Assembly: GCA_028691835.1 (NCBI GenBank) | Contig: JAQUYN010000005.1 | Location: forward strand, 2,001 to 66,000 | Reading direction: 5' to 3' | DNA length: 64,000 bases | Source: Alphaproteobacteria bacterium | GTDB lineage: Bacteria; Pseudomonadota; Alphaproteobacteria; UBA9219 | Part shown: one piece after another, positions 48,823-57,878 of the stretch | How positions within the stretch are numbered: position 1 is the stretch's first letter | Layout: each line of letters starts with the position of its first letter | The notes under the pieces: generated by a model | Told to the model about the DNA's origin: nothing | The model's input: the letters and a program-made list of their open reading frames with translations, nothing else | The model's database searches: none | Program-made: the position numbers and the translations under genes

Positions 48823-49057
48823 TATTTTCTGTGCCTTCAAAAAGCTGCACGGGAACATTCGGCATAATGGTTGACACAGCATGTTTGTAAACAAGCTGGA
48901 TATGTCCGTCCCGGCGCAGCAAAACCGAGTGCGTGTCATATGAGCCTACCATACCTTGAAGCTTTACGCCATTAACGAGAAAAATGGTTGTTGGAATCTT
49001 ATTCTTACAAAGATAGCCCAAAAGGATATCTTGGATATTCTGGCAGCACTCTGGCAT
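48800..49057 (-). CDS. hfq: RNA chaperone Hfq
   Basis: Sm1/Sm2 motifs are present ([27 protein letters not shown]). Confidence 0.92.
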   Translation of the reverse strand: MPECCQNIQDILLGYLCKNKIPTTIFLVNGVKLQGMVGSYDTHSVLLRRDGHIQLVYKHAVSTIMPNVPVQLFEGTENSGEQTTT

Positions 49058-49085
49058 TTTAAAGCTTCCCTAACTTGAATTGTTC

Positions 49086-49760
49086 TCATTCCATTGTATG
49101 GCCTCTATTCCACTCTTTAAGCGCGGTTTTTAAGGCAACGCAATCAGAAAAAGCATATTTGAGCGCTAATTTATGACCCTGCTGTATATTCCCCACTAAA
49201 ATAGGGGTGCATCCTGACCGAAGAGCACTCTCAACGTCAACATGTGTATCACCAATAAACCACACGCTAGGGTTGTCAGCCAATAACTTAGCTTTCCTTA
49301 GCGCAATGTCAACAGGCATTCGGTCCGGTTTGTCCTTGGGAGCAGCTAAAGAACCCATCATGCAAACGAAATATGGGGTCCACCCCAAATACTCAGCTTC
49401 GGCCCGTAAAAGGTCGCTTCTTTTCGTACTCACAACAAACAAGGGAACCTTTTTTTCGCGAAGCCAAATCAGAAGCTCCTCAGCGCCGGGAAGAACGCGA
49501 AGCGTTTGAATCTGAACTTTATAGAAATGCTCATAAAAAATATCGCGCATTTCCTCCCACTTGTCGCCAAACCATTCGGGGAAACTGACGCGCAACGCAC
49601 GCGAAGATTTAAGACGAGCCTCGGCCACCGTCCACGTATCAAGCCCATTGAGCGCACGCACCTTGTTCAGGGCTTCCGTTATGCCATCCCAATTATCAAT
49701 CAATGTATTATCCCAATCAAAAATAACGGCTGTCGGAAAAGGAGGCTTTAAGTCTTGCAT
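49086..49760 (-). CDS. HAD-superfamily hydrolase (phosphoglycolate phosphatase-like)
   Basis: It has motif I DWDNTL, motif II VSTK and motif IV GDTHVD. Confidence 0.8.
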   Translation of the reverse strand: MQDLKPPFPTAVIFDWDNTLIDNWDGITEALNKVRALNGLDTWTVAEARLKSSRALRVSFPEWFGDKWEEMRDIFYEHFYKVQIQTLRVLPGAEELLIWLREKKVPLFVVSTKRSDLLRAEAEYLGWTPYFVCMMGSLAAPKDKPDRMPVDIALRKAKLLADNPSVWFIGDTHVDVESALRSGCTPILVGNIQQGHKLALKYAFSDCVALKTALKEWNRGHTME

Positions 49761-50203
49761 GAAATCTCTCCATAAAGTTGATGCGCCCGCGCCTCAAAAG
49801 CGGAAACCATGGAGCGAAAAGCCTTATCAAAAAATAAATCCATCATCGCGCCAAACAAGAAAGATTTGAGTTCGAATGACAAAGAGAAACTGATCTCGCA
49901 TTGATGATCGTCAATTGGTTTAAACGCCCAGTGTGTCGAAAGATGCTTTAATGGCCCTCCCCCATACTCAACCGTGATCGCGTGTGGAGGCTCAAGGCGC
50001 ACCAATGAAGTGAACGTTTCGCGAAAGGATTTGTATCCGACAGACAAGATAGCGCGCATGCAATTTTCTTCATTGCGGATAACATTGGCTTCAATGCACC
50101 AAGGAAGAAAGTCCGGGTAATGTTCGACATCCGCGACAAGCGCATAAACTTGTTCACATGTATAGGGAAGAATTCGTTTTTCGAAATGACGGGGCATCAA
50201 CAT
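49748..50203 (-). CDS. SRPBCC-fold protein (COQ10/RatA family)
   Basis: The 151-aa ORF has the typical VADVEHYPDFLPWC motif. Confidence 0.8.
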   Translation of the reverse strand: MLMPRHFEKRILPYTCEQVYALVADVEHYPDFLPWCIEANVIRNEENCMRAILSVGYKSFRETFTSLVRLEPPHAITVEYGGGPLKHLSTHWAFKPIDDHQCEISFSLSFELKSFLFGAMMDLFFDKAFRSMVSAFEARAHQLYGEISCKT

Positions 50204-50291
50204 TTATTCCCAAATGAGTACTGACAGTCGATAAACAAAGGTGTACGCTCATTCTATCCAAATTTGAATAATCAACGTATCACGGTTTTCC

Positions 50292-51956
50292 ATGGGCTTT
50301 GCAAGCACCCTTCTGAATGTTTCTCGTCTTATCGGGTGTTCTTTCCTCTTTCTGTTATGGGCATCGCCACTTTCGGCAACACCATTGGACGATCTTCTCT
50401 CAACAGTAATGGAAGATGAGGCTCAGGCCGTTCAAAAAGCGCTAGCTTTGAATAAATCCCAATCCAAATATCATTTGAATACGACTGATCTTCAGGCCTT
50501 TTATCAGGTCCGTGAGTTTCGGCCCACATGGCTGACAAAAAAGACAACCGACAACAAGAACCTGTCCACTTTCATCGATTCTTTAAAAGCGTTTGGCGAA
50601 TATCACGGACTGCCAGAATCAGATTATCCCGCCGTTGAAATGCAGCGCCTTCTTGCCAGCCCGTTAGCAGAAGATGCCATCACACTTGATCTCCTTATAT
50701 CGGACAGACTCATTAAAATCGCCCACGATTTGAATGGCGACCGCGTGAATCTTGGATTGCTTTATGTGGGCTGGGATTTCACAAAACCGCCACGTCATGT
50801 TGTCACCGAGTTTGCCGAAGCCATTCAAAACAACAAAGTTGATGACTATATTTCATCTCTCTCCCCGACCGGATTTGACTATACGCGGTTGGCCGATAGC
50901 CTAAAAGTTTATCGTGAAATCAAGAACCATGGTGGATGGCCGTTCATTCCCTCTGGTCAGACGATAAAGCTGGGCATGGATGACCCACGGATCGCTTTGA
51001 TTAAACAACGGTTGGCCGCCGAAGGCTATGATCTTTCTCCAGATTTGCAGCCAGAGGATACGCACTATACCGAGGCGCTTGAGCAAACCGTCATCGCCTA
51101 TCAAGCTCGCAATGGATTAAAAGGTGACGGCAATTTAGGCAAAAATACCATCCGTGCGATGAGTATAACTGTTGATCAGCGGATCAATCAGATCTTGGCG
51201 AATATGGAACGCATCCGCCACCTGCCACGAGATCTTCCAAACCGCTACGCCCTTGTCAATATTGCTGATACGTCTGTCAAAGTCATCGAAAACGGCCAAG
51301 TCATTTATCATGCGCCTGTTGTCGCTGGCCGCACGGATAGAAAAACGCCCTTTATTCAAAGTTTTATACGTAGTGTCATTTTCAATCCATCTTGGCATGT
51401 GCCCTCGAAAATTGCGCGTGAAGATATTTTGCCCAAGCTGCGCAAGGACTCGCATTATCTGGAAAAACACCGGATGGTCATCAAAGAGGGGGATGGAACC
51501 GATCCCCATGGCACCTTGATTGATTGGAAGAGAATTTCTGCCGCAGAGTTTACCTATCGCCTACGTCAAGAACCTGGGGCTACGAACGCATTGGGGCGTA
51601 TTAAATTTGATTTCGACAATGACTTCTCCGTTTATATGCATGGCACGCCACACGAGGAGCTTTTCGCGAAAGCGCGGCGGCATCTCAGCTCTGGCTGCGT
51701 GCGCCTGCAAGATCCCGTGACGTTCGCCACGATTGTTTTACAAGGCAATAGTGGCAACTGGGATAAGAACAAAGTTGAGAAGGAGGTTCGTTTAGCTAAA
51801 ACGCATTGGCTCACGCTTGAAGAGCCGCTGCCTTTATATTTCATCTATCAAACGGCAACGTTCCCAACACCGGAGGGTCCGATCCACTTCAGCCCAGACG
51901 ACTACAATTATGACCAGATTTTAACGGACGCTTTGAGAGAAGCGGAACGCAAATAG
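50292..51956 (+). CDS. L,D-transpeptidase, YcbB/LdtD-like (PG-binding + YkuD domains)
   Basis: It has a signal peptide, a PG_binding_1 motif (YQARNGLKGDGNLGKNT) and the YkuD catalytic motif HGTP...SSGCVRL. Confidence 0.85.
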   Translation: MGFASTLLNVSRLIGCSFLFLLWASPLSATPLDDLLSTVMEDEAQAVQKALALNKSQSKYHLNTTDLQAFYQVREFRPTWLTKKTTDNKNLSTFIDSLKAFGEYHGLPESDYPAVEMQRLLASPLAEDAITLDLLISDRLIKIAHDLNGDRVNLGLLYVGWDFTKPPRHVVTEFAEAIQNNKVDDYISSLSPTGFDYTRLADSLKVYREIKNHGGWPFIPSGQTIKLGMDDPRIALIKQRLAAEGYDLSPDLQPEDTHYTEALEQTVIAYQARNGLKGDGNLGKNTIRAMSITVDQRINQILANMERIRHLPRDLPNRYALVNIADTSVKVIENGQVIYHAPVVAGRTDRKTPFIQSFIRSVIFNPSWHVPSKIAREDILPKLRKDSHYLEKHRMVIKEGDGTDPHGTLIDWKRISAAEFTYRLRQEPGATNALGRIKFDFDNDFSVYMHGTPHEELFAKARRHLSSGCVRLQDPVTFATIVLQGNSGNWDKNKVEKEVRLAKTHWLTLEEPLPLYFIYQTATFPTPEGPIHFSPDDYNYDQILTDALREAERK

Positions 51957-52001
51957 ACACAGCATAAAATTGCTTCTGTTAACCATAAAAGAATTTTCCC
52001 G

Positions 52002-52110
52002 TTTTAAGAGCCGCTGAGTGCGATGTTTCACATACCCGGCTACACCCCTAGCGGGCCTATGTCTGGAGGCACTCTACGGGCCTTCTAAACGGCTCTATGG
52101 CGGTCTGTTT
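52002..52110. repeat. Family-C hairpin repeat
   Basis: TTTTAAGAGCCGCTGAGTGCG...CACCCCTAGC...GCACTCTACGGGCCTTCTA..CTATGGCGG matches 17803-17900. Confidence 0.7.
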
Positions 52111-52149
52111 TGGGCGAGTCTGAGTGGCAAATCCAAAATGGGCCTTTTT

Positions 52150-52390
52150 ATACCAGCGGACCTATGAACGGACTCATTGAAAAGGCAGTTCTCAATCACT
52201 CGCTCTGTGCCTGGCACACCTCTTGCCGGACGGAACGCCTTGTGCCTAAGGGAGAGAGGACTGTGCGGCCAGAGGATCCCTCCTCGCAACCGCTCGCTGG
52301 ACCGAAGAAGCCAAGAAGAACAGACCTTTCCTTTCGGCAAGCAGCAGGTGAGGCGCAGAGCGAATGAGGTCGGCTGGCGGGACGACCGGA
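52150..52390 (+). repeat. Family-A MITE-like repeat, long variant
   Basis: The left arm is identical in type (ATACCAGCGGACCTATGAACGGACTCATTGAAAAGG). The right side carries the inverted core GTGAGGCGCAGAGCGAATG. The right boundary is approximate. Confidence 0.75.
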
Positions 52391-52439
52391 ATTTTAGCAG
52401 ATAAGGAGTATATGAGCCCCCCTGAACAGCCCTTTTTGC

Positions 52440-53768
52440 CTAAGAATGAGGCAGGCCCGACTCTTTCACAAAGGCGGCGGCGCGCGCCATATAATTTTCA
52501 AACATGTCATAGCTAGGCGAGGCCGGTGAAAGGAGGATAACGCCCCCCGCTGGGGTGATCGCTTTGGCTTGCCTTAAAGCTTCCGCCATGGAGGTAACCT
52601 GCATAACGTGCGCAGCGCCGCCTGCCTTTAAAAGATCCCCTATAGGCAAACCACTTTCCCCCATGCAGACAACGGAGACATTCTGTTGTTGCAAAATATA
52701 TTCTGACAACGGCGCAAAATCGATCCCGCGATTTTGTCCCCCCGCGATCAATGTAATCGGACGATGCGCATATACGCGCAAGGCAGCCACAGCCGATTGG
52801 GGCGTTGTCGATATACTGTCGTCAACATAAAGGATGCCGTCCATTTCACCAACCTCTTGTTGGCGATGAGGCAAACCTTTGTAATATTTCATCGACGCAA
52901 GCGCCTGATCGCAGGACAGCTGAAGCGCGTCGATAAGAGCCATCACACCGCATACATTCACTTGATTATGTGGCCGCAAAAGATAGGTATTTTCCAAGGC
53001 GCCAATACAGCACGGTCCGCAGTACAGGTCGCCTTCCTTAAAATGAAACTGGGACTTGCTGTCAAAAACACGTGCGCCGTCAATTTGCAAATTATGAGCG
53101 GCCATAACGGATTCAGCTTGCGTTGTCGTCAAAAGAGTTTCGCAATGCTGCAACACTTGGCACTTATCGGTGTAATAAGCCTTAAGGCTTTTGTGCCAAT
53201 CCAAATGTTCAGGATAAAGTGAAGTTATCAATCCCATCAGGCAAGAACCGTCAAAGTTGGCCGCTTGATAGCTTGAAACCTCAAGGATCACATAATCAAA
53301 ATCTTCCGCTTTGCACTCTGTAACAGGCACGCCAAAATTGCCGAGGATCGTCACGCGTTGGCCGAGCTGTTGCAAAACATGAGTCAGCAAGGAGGCTGTC
53401 GTACTCTTCCCTTTCGTGCCAGTAATCGTGATAACGCGACGAGAATCGTTTTCTGCGCTCCACAAGTTTAACAGCGAAGTGATTGGGATCTGCCGCGCCT
53501 TTGCGGCTTCAAGTATGGGGTGGTAAAAGCTTACACCCGGCGATTTGATGATCACATCCGCAGCAAGGACAGCCGCCTCTATTTCAAATAGATTTGTAAT
53601 CAGTCGATCCGTAGGCCATTCCTTTGGCAGCGAGGCTTCGCCATGTTCATCAACGAATGTGAAAACCTGTTTGGTGTGAAGCGCGCGAATATAGCGCGCT
53701 GCTGCCAAGGCTTCAATGCCTGTTCCCCAAATCACAATTTTCTTATCGCGTAATTGAAACCTATGCAT
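52440..53768 (-). CDS. Mur ligase, MurD-like (UDP-MurNAc-L-Ala--glutamate ligase; possibly the L-Glu-adding MurD2 type)
   Basis: It has an N-terminal Rossmann segment (KIVIWGTGIEALAAARY), the P-loop GTKGKST and a Mur ligase C domain. It lies outside any dcw cluster and overlaps the upstream PP-loop gene by 8 nt. Confidence 0.8.
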   Translation of the reverse strand: MHRFQLRDKKIVIWGTGIEALAAARYIRALHTKQVFTFVDEHGEASLPKEWPTDRLITNLFEIEAAVLAADVIIKSPGVSFYHPILEAAKARQIPITSLLNLWSAENDSRRVITITGTKGKSTTASLLTHVLQQLGQRVTILGNFGVPVTECKAEDFDYVILEVSSYQAANFDGSCLMGLITSLYPEHLDWHKSLKAYYTDKCQVLQHCETLLTTTQAESVMAAHNLQIDGARVFDSKSQFHFKEGDLYCGPCCIGALENTYLLRPHNQVNVCGVMALIDALQLSCDQALASMKYYKGLPHRQQEVGEMDGILYVDDSISTTPQSAVAALRVYAHRPITLIAGGQNRGIDFAPLSEYILQQQNVSVVCMGESGLPIGDLLKAGGAAHVMQVTSMAEALRQAKAITPAGGVILLSPASPSYDMFENYMARAAAFVKESGLPHS

Positions 53769-55098
53769 CAGCGATCACCTTTAAATACGCATTGGAAAGC
53801 TGATGATCGGTGCGCAAAGCAAAAAGTTTGTTATACTGCGTTGCGTGCGCGGGGTAACGATCCTTTAACAACGGCGCTATATCAGCGATGACGCCGTCCC
53901 CTTGCCATTCCGGCAATTGGGAAAGGTGCATCATCAAGAGCGCACTTTCTTCAACCTCCCCCACGCATTCAAAGGGTTTGTGAGGGCCGAGTCCACACAG
54001 TTCTTTGAAGCCAGCAAGTTGCGTCATATCCGCCAACAGGTTGGCTCCAAAAATGGCAATAAGTTTCTCTTTACCCATGAACGAGGCCAATGCCAAAAAA
54101 ACAAAGCGGCATTTGGGACATGTGCAGCACCATTTTTTGCCGCGAGCAGACTCGTCTTGTTTAAAGGCCGTGTTGCAGCTTCGAAAAACCGCGTGATAGG
54201 CCTCACATTTTGAAAAACGCATCGCAATAGCGGTTTCTGTCAACGGGCGTAACAACGAAAAATAGGAAAGGCTCGGTGAAATGGTGTGTTGAACGATGGC
54301 ATTAAAGTCTTGCTCAAACGCAAAGGACTTACTGTATTGATGGTTGACCTCTGCGCCATGGCTTACGACATTCGGCTCACTGGCCGCATACTCATTCGAC
54401 AAAACGATGGTGTCATAGCCATAAAGGATCGCACAGGCAACGACGATACTGCTCAGGATCGCTGTGATGGGAACATGGCCATTCAATGCCCCCTGCGCAT
54501 TCAACGCCATTAAGTTGGGGGACAAGAACCGCTTGATATGCAGCGAAGGCAGCCCCGCCACGCGCAGTGTATCCGCAATAGGTTGAGCGAGATTTTGCCC
54601 ACCACAGGCAATCAGTGTTTGGTCATATCCGGCATGACGAAGAGCTTCAATGGAAGTGATGGAATCTTTGCCACCGCCGACAGGCACCAACAGTCGATGA
54701 GGAAGATCCAGAGACGCCGCTTGATTTTTGCGTATCGTCACTGCCGTTTCAAAGACGAAATCCAGCGTAACGTTGTTACAGAATGCGAACTCGCCAAGTC
54801 CGGCACGATACACCTTTGCGCAAAACGCAGCCAATGTCGGATCAAGATCAAAAGAGGGACAAGCCAAGCGATGCGGAATGTCGGCCTTATAATAACTGAC
54901 CCCCGCCAACAGGAAGATCAATCTGAAGGCGTTATCAAGCGCAGCCTGATCCTGCTCCGAAAGAGCACGGCGCCCTTCGGGAAAGATGATTGTTTCCGTG
55001 AATTCGGGCCCATTTAAGAACGCATAATTCAGCTGCAGCGTACCCGTCGCGCTTTCATAAGAATAAGCTTTGAATTGGAATTCTTCGTAACGTGACAC
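53761..55098 (-). CDS. PP-loop (GGGKDS) ATP-pyrophosphatase-like protein with CTCPKC motif; candidate MurL-type epimerase
   Basis: The 445-aa ORF starts at GTG with AAGGAGAG 9 nt upstream. It has the motif VPVGGGKDS and a Cys cluster, WCCTCPKCRF. It appears translationally coupled to the MurD-like gene. Confidence 0.6.
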   Translation of the reverse strand: MSRYEEFQFKAYSYESATGTLQLNYAFLNGPEFTETIIFPEGRRALSEQDQAALDNAFRLIFLLAGVSYYKADIPHRLACPSFDLDPTLAAFCAKVYRAGLGEFAFCNNVTLDFVFETAVTIRKNQAASLDLPHRLLVPVGGGKDSITSIEALRHAGYDQTLIACGGQNLAQPIADTLRVAGLPSLHIKRFLSPNLMALNAQGALNGHVPITAILSSIVVACAILYGYDTIVLSNEYAASEPNVVSHGAEVNHQYSKSFAFEQDFNAIVQHTISPSLSYFSLLRPLTETAIAMRFSKCEAYHAVFRSCNTAFKQDESARGKKWCCTCPKCRFVFLALASFMGKEKLIAIFGANLLADMTQLAGFKELCGLGPHKPFECVGEVEESALLMMHLSQLPEWQGDGVIADIAPLLKDRYPAHATQYNKLFALRTDHQLSNAYLKVIADA

Positions 55099-55372
55099 AG
55101 TGCGGGCTCTCCTTGTTCATTATGTCGCATAGATAAGTGTCGGATTCAATCTCATCGTCAGAAACGAGACTCATGATAACCAGCCGGGGGATGATGTAAA
55201 TTTTGACAGGGCCTATACGCTGTCTATTTTATATCTATTTTATCCTTTTGTTATAGCTTACTTTTTGCGCGCTGGTTAACAAGATAATCGTTTCACCTTG
55301 TTTTTATGCTTAAAAAAGAGTAAGTATGCGGCTTCGTTTGTACGCTCATAGTCGGTTAAAGATACGTAACGC

Positions 55373-55930
55373 ATGGCAAAACAAGTCGACCTTACCAAAA
55401 GACGCTTTATGCAAATGGGCCTCGCTGCAACAGCGGGCGTTATTGTACAGCCGTCTCTTGTTTTAGCCAGACCTTTTGGCCACAAAATGAAAGAGCTTGC
55501 TTTTTATAACCTCCACACCGATGAAAAGCTTCGCGTAACGTACTGGAAAAACGGTCAGTTTAACAGCTCGGCCATGTCCCAGATTAATCATATTCTTCGT
55601 GATTTCCGTACTGGCGATGTGTTCCCCATGTCGGCCAACCTCATCGACTTCCTTCACGACCTTCAAACACGCTTGCGGACAGACAGTCCCATTGAGATTA
55701 TTTCTGGTTATCGCTCGCCGCGTACAAATGCTGCGTTGGTTCACAACTCAGATGGCGTAGCCCGACGCAGCTATCACATGAAGGGCCTTGCCACAGATAT
55801 AAGGATGCGTGGCGTCTCAATTCGTCAAATCCAGACGGCCGCTCTCTTTATGAAGCGTGGCGGCGTCGGCTTTTACCCCCGGTCCGACTTTGTTCATGTC
55901 GATGTCGGCCCTGTTCGCCGCTGGGGTTAA
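55373..55930 (+). CDS. DUF882 / peptidase M15A family murein endopeptidase (YcbK/MepK-like), Tat-exported
   Basis: It has a twin-arginine signal (KRRFMQMGLAATAG) and metal-ligand motifs SGYRSPxTN, HMKGLATD and DFVHVD. Confidence 0.85.
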   Translation: MAKQVDLTKRRFMQMGLAATAGVIVQPSLVLARPFGHKMKELAFYNLHTDEKLRVTYWKNGQFNSSAMSQINHILRDFRTGDVFPMSANLIDFLHDLQTRLRTDSPIEIISGYRSPRTNAALVHNSDGVARRSYHMKGLATDIRMRGVSIRQIQTAALFMKRGGVGFYPRSDFVHVDVGPVRRWG

Positions 55931-56160
55931 CCTCATCCTTTCTTCCCTTCTTAAGATCTATATTAAGGTAAACGACAATTATTGTCGGGTATCAAAGGTA
56001 ATTAACCATGGCTTACCAATAACCATTTTTATCAATATTCATTAATATTAATATCCACGTTCAATTTATAATTAGAAACAGTTGCATATTGCCGAAAATG
56101 GCGTATTATCATGTATATTCAACCGTTTATATTATATCGCACAAAGTGAAATTGGAAAAC

Positions 56161-57420
56161 ATGACAGTACAAATCACAACACTCGCAAATGGTCTCCGCG
56201 TCGCAACCGACACCATGTTAGAAGCAGAAAGTGTCGTTATCGGCGCTTGGGTTGGCGTCGGCACACGTCACGAGCCTTGGCGCGCCAATGGCATTGCGCA
56301 CATGGCCGAGCATATGATGTTCAAGGGCACCAAGAAACGTTCAGCCTATGCGATTTCCAAAAGCATAGAGAAGAATGGTGGCGTCATGAACGCGCACACG
56401 ACGCGTGAGGAGACCGCCTACTACGCCCGCGTGTTGCCGGAAGACACCGAACGTACCGCCGAGATCATTGCCGATATGCTCTTGCGCTCGGTTTTCGATC
56501 CCAAGGAGCTTGACCGTGAACGCCAAGTCATTATCCAAGAAATTGGCCGTGATCGCGATACACCTGAAGACTATATCTTCGATCTGATGCATGAAACGGC
56601 ATTCCCCAAGCAGAAGATGGGCCGTTCTATTCTCGGCACAAGTGAAGTGGTTGAACGCGTGCCACGTGATGAACTCGTCAACTATGTTCGTAAAAACTAT
56701 CATACGGGTAATATCGTAATCGTCGGGACCGGCAAGATTGCTCATGCCGATTTAGTGGCCCTCGCTCGCCGTTATTTCAGCCGCCTCCCCTCTGGCAAGC
56801 CCGCCAAGATCGACAACGCCAAGATCAAAAAAGGCGATCTGCGCATGAACAAAGATAGCGAGCAGCTGCATCTTATGATGTCGTTTGCCGCTCCGGGGCT
56901 TCATGAGACGAACGCCCACGTCGCGGGACTGCTGGCGACGCTTCTAGGGGGCACGTCATCTTCACGCCTGTTCCAAAAAGTCCGTGAAAAACGCGGCCTC
57001 GTTTACAATATTTCAACCTATCACATGCCGTTCCAAGATGTCGGGCTGTTCTGCCTTTATGCCGGAACCGACCCTGATCGCGTGAAAGAACTGGTCCCCG
57101 TTGTTTGCCGTGAGCTGAAGGAAGTCACCAAGCACATTACGGACAGCGAATTGAAACGTGCCAAGGCGCAGGCCCGTGCCGAGCTTCTGATCGGCCAAGA
57201 CAGTGTCATGCGCCGCGCAGAGGTTCTGGGGCACCATGTGTTAACCTATAATGAACCAATTCCGATGCAGGACACCATCGACGAGATTATGAAAGTTACC
57301 GCTGACCAAACGCGCTCGATGGCAGCCAAAATTCTATCCCGAGCCCCCATCGTGACGGCCCTCGGCCCTATCGACAATATCATCCCTTACCGCGAGATTG
57401 CCGAACAAATGCGGGCCTAG
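56161..57420 (+). CDS. M16 family zinc peptidase (pitrilysin/MPP-like)
   Basis: It has the inverted zinc motif HxxEH (GIAHMAEHMMFKGT). The start is re-set to the ATG at 56161 (MTVQITTLANGLRV). Confidence 0.88.
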   Translation: MTVQITTLANGLRVATDTMLEAESVVIGAWVGVGTRHEPWRANGIAHMAEHMMFKGTKKRSAYAISKSIEKNGGVMNAHTTREETAYYARVLPEDTERTAEIIADMLLRSVFDPKELDRERQVIIQEIGRDRDTPEDYIFDLMHETAFPKQKMGRSILGTSEVVERVPRDELVNYVRKNYHTGNIVIVGTGKIAHADLVALARRYFSRLPSGKPAKIDNAKIKKGDLRMNKDSEQLHLMMSFAAPGLHETNAHVAGLLATLLGGTSSSRLFQKVREKRGLVYNISTYHMPFQDVGLFCLYAGTDPDRVKELVPVVCRELKEVTKHITDSELKRAKAQARAELLIGQDSVMRRAEVLGHHVLTYNEPIPMQDTIDEIMKVTADQTRSMAAKILSRAPIVTALGPIDNIIPYREIAEQMRA

Positions 57421-57878
57421 ACAAAACCTAGCCTTTTGATTGTTGACGAATAAACTTTGATTTTTTAATAAAAAGGTAGGGAGATCATGACGAACGAAGT
57501 GTTTGAAACAACCATAAAAAATCACGTCTTGGATGCCGCCAAGAAAGCAATTTTAGCTGAAGATTATAAGGTTCTGTCTTCCACGGCTGATGATTTGCAT
57601 AAATTAGCCTTATAGAAAAGCGCTTTTGTGACGCCATTGATTGAATGGCCCGATACGCGATTATCTACGCAGTAAAGAACAGACTGCCGGCCCTCATCTG
57701 CGTCACGAATAGAGAGCAAGGGGCAATCTTGGTTCAAGCCACTCTGGGGGCTTAAGGATTCATTAACCAAAAACCGCTTTCTCCTCATGAAAAGAGCGTG
57801 AAAGTTTTAATTGTGTAACACTTTTCTGTTATACTGCGCACTATTGGCATTGGCACACCTATTTCAAGGACAGCGATT

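Noticed and set aside
48823-48939. hflX start at 48939, overlapping hfq by 140 nt
   Set aside because: Such a long same-strand overlap with the conserved hfq is implausible. A later start (the GTG at 48822) is more likely, though unproven.
49748-50203. Possible type II toxin (RatA) annotation
   Set aside because: This SRPBCC family is widespread as a COQ10-like lipid or ubiquinone binder, and no antitoxin partner is adjacent. I treat it as a housekeeping SRPBCC protein.
54538-55017. 159-aa ORF antisense to the PP-loop gene
   Set aside because: The opposite strand has the coherent long ORF, with an SD and translational coupling to the MurD-like gene.
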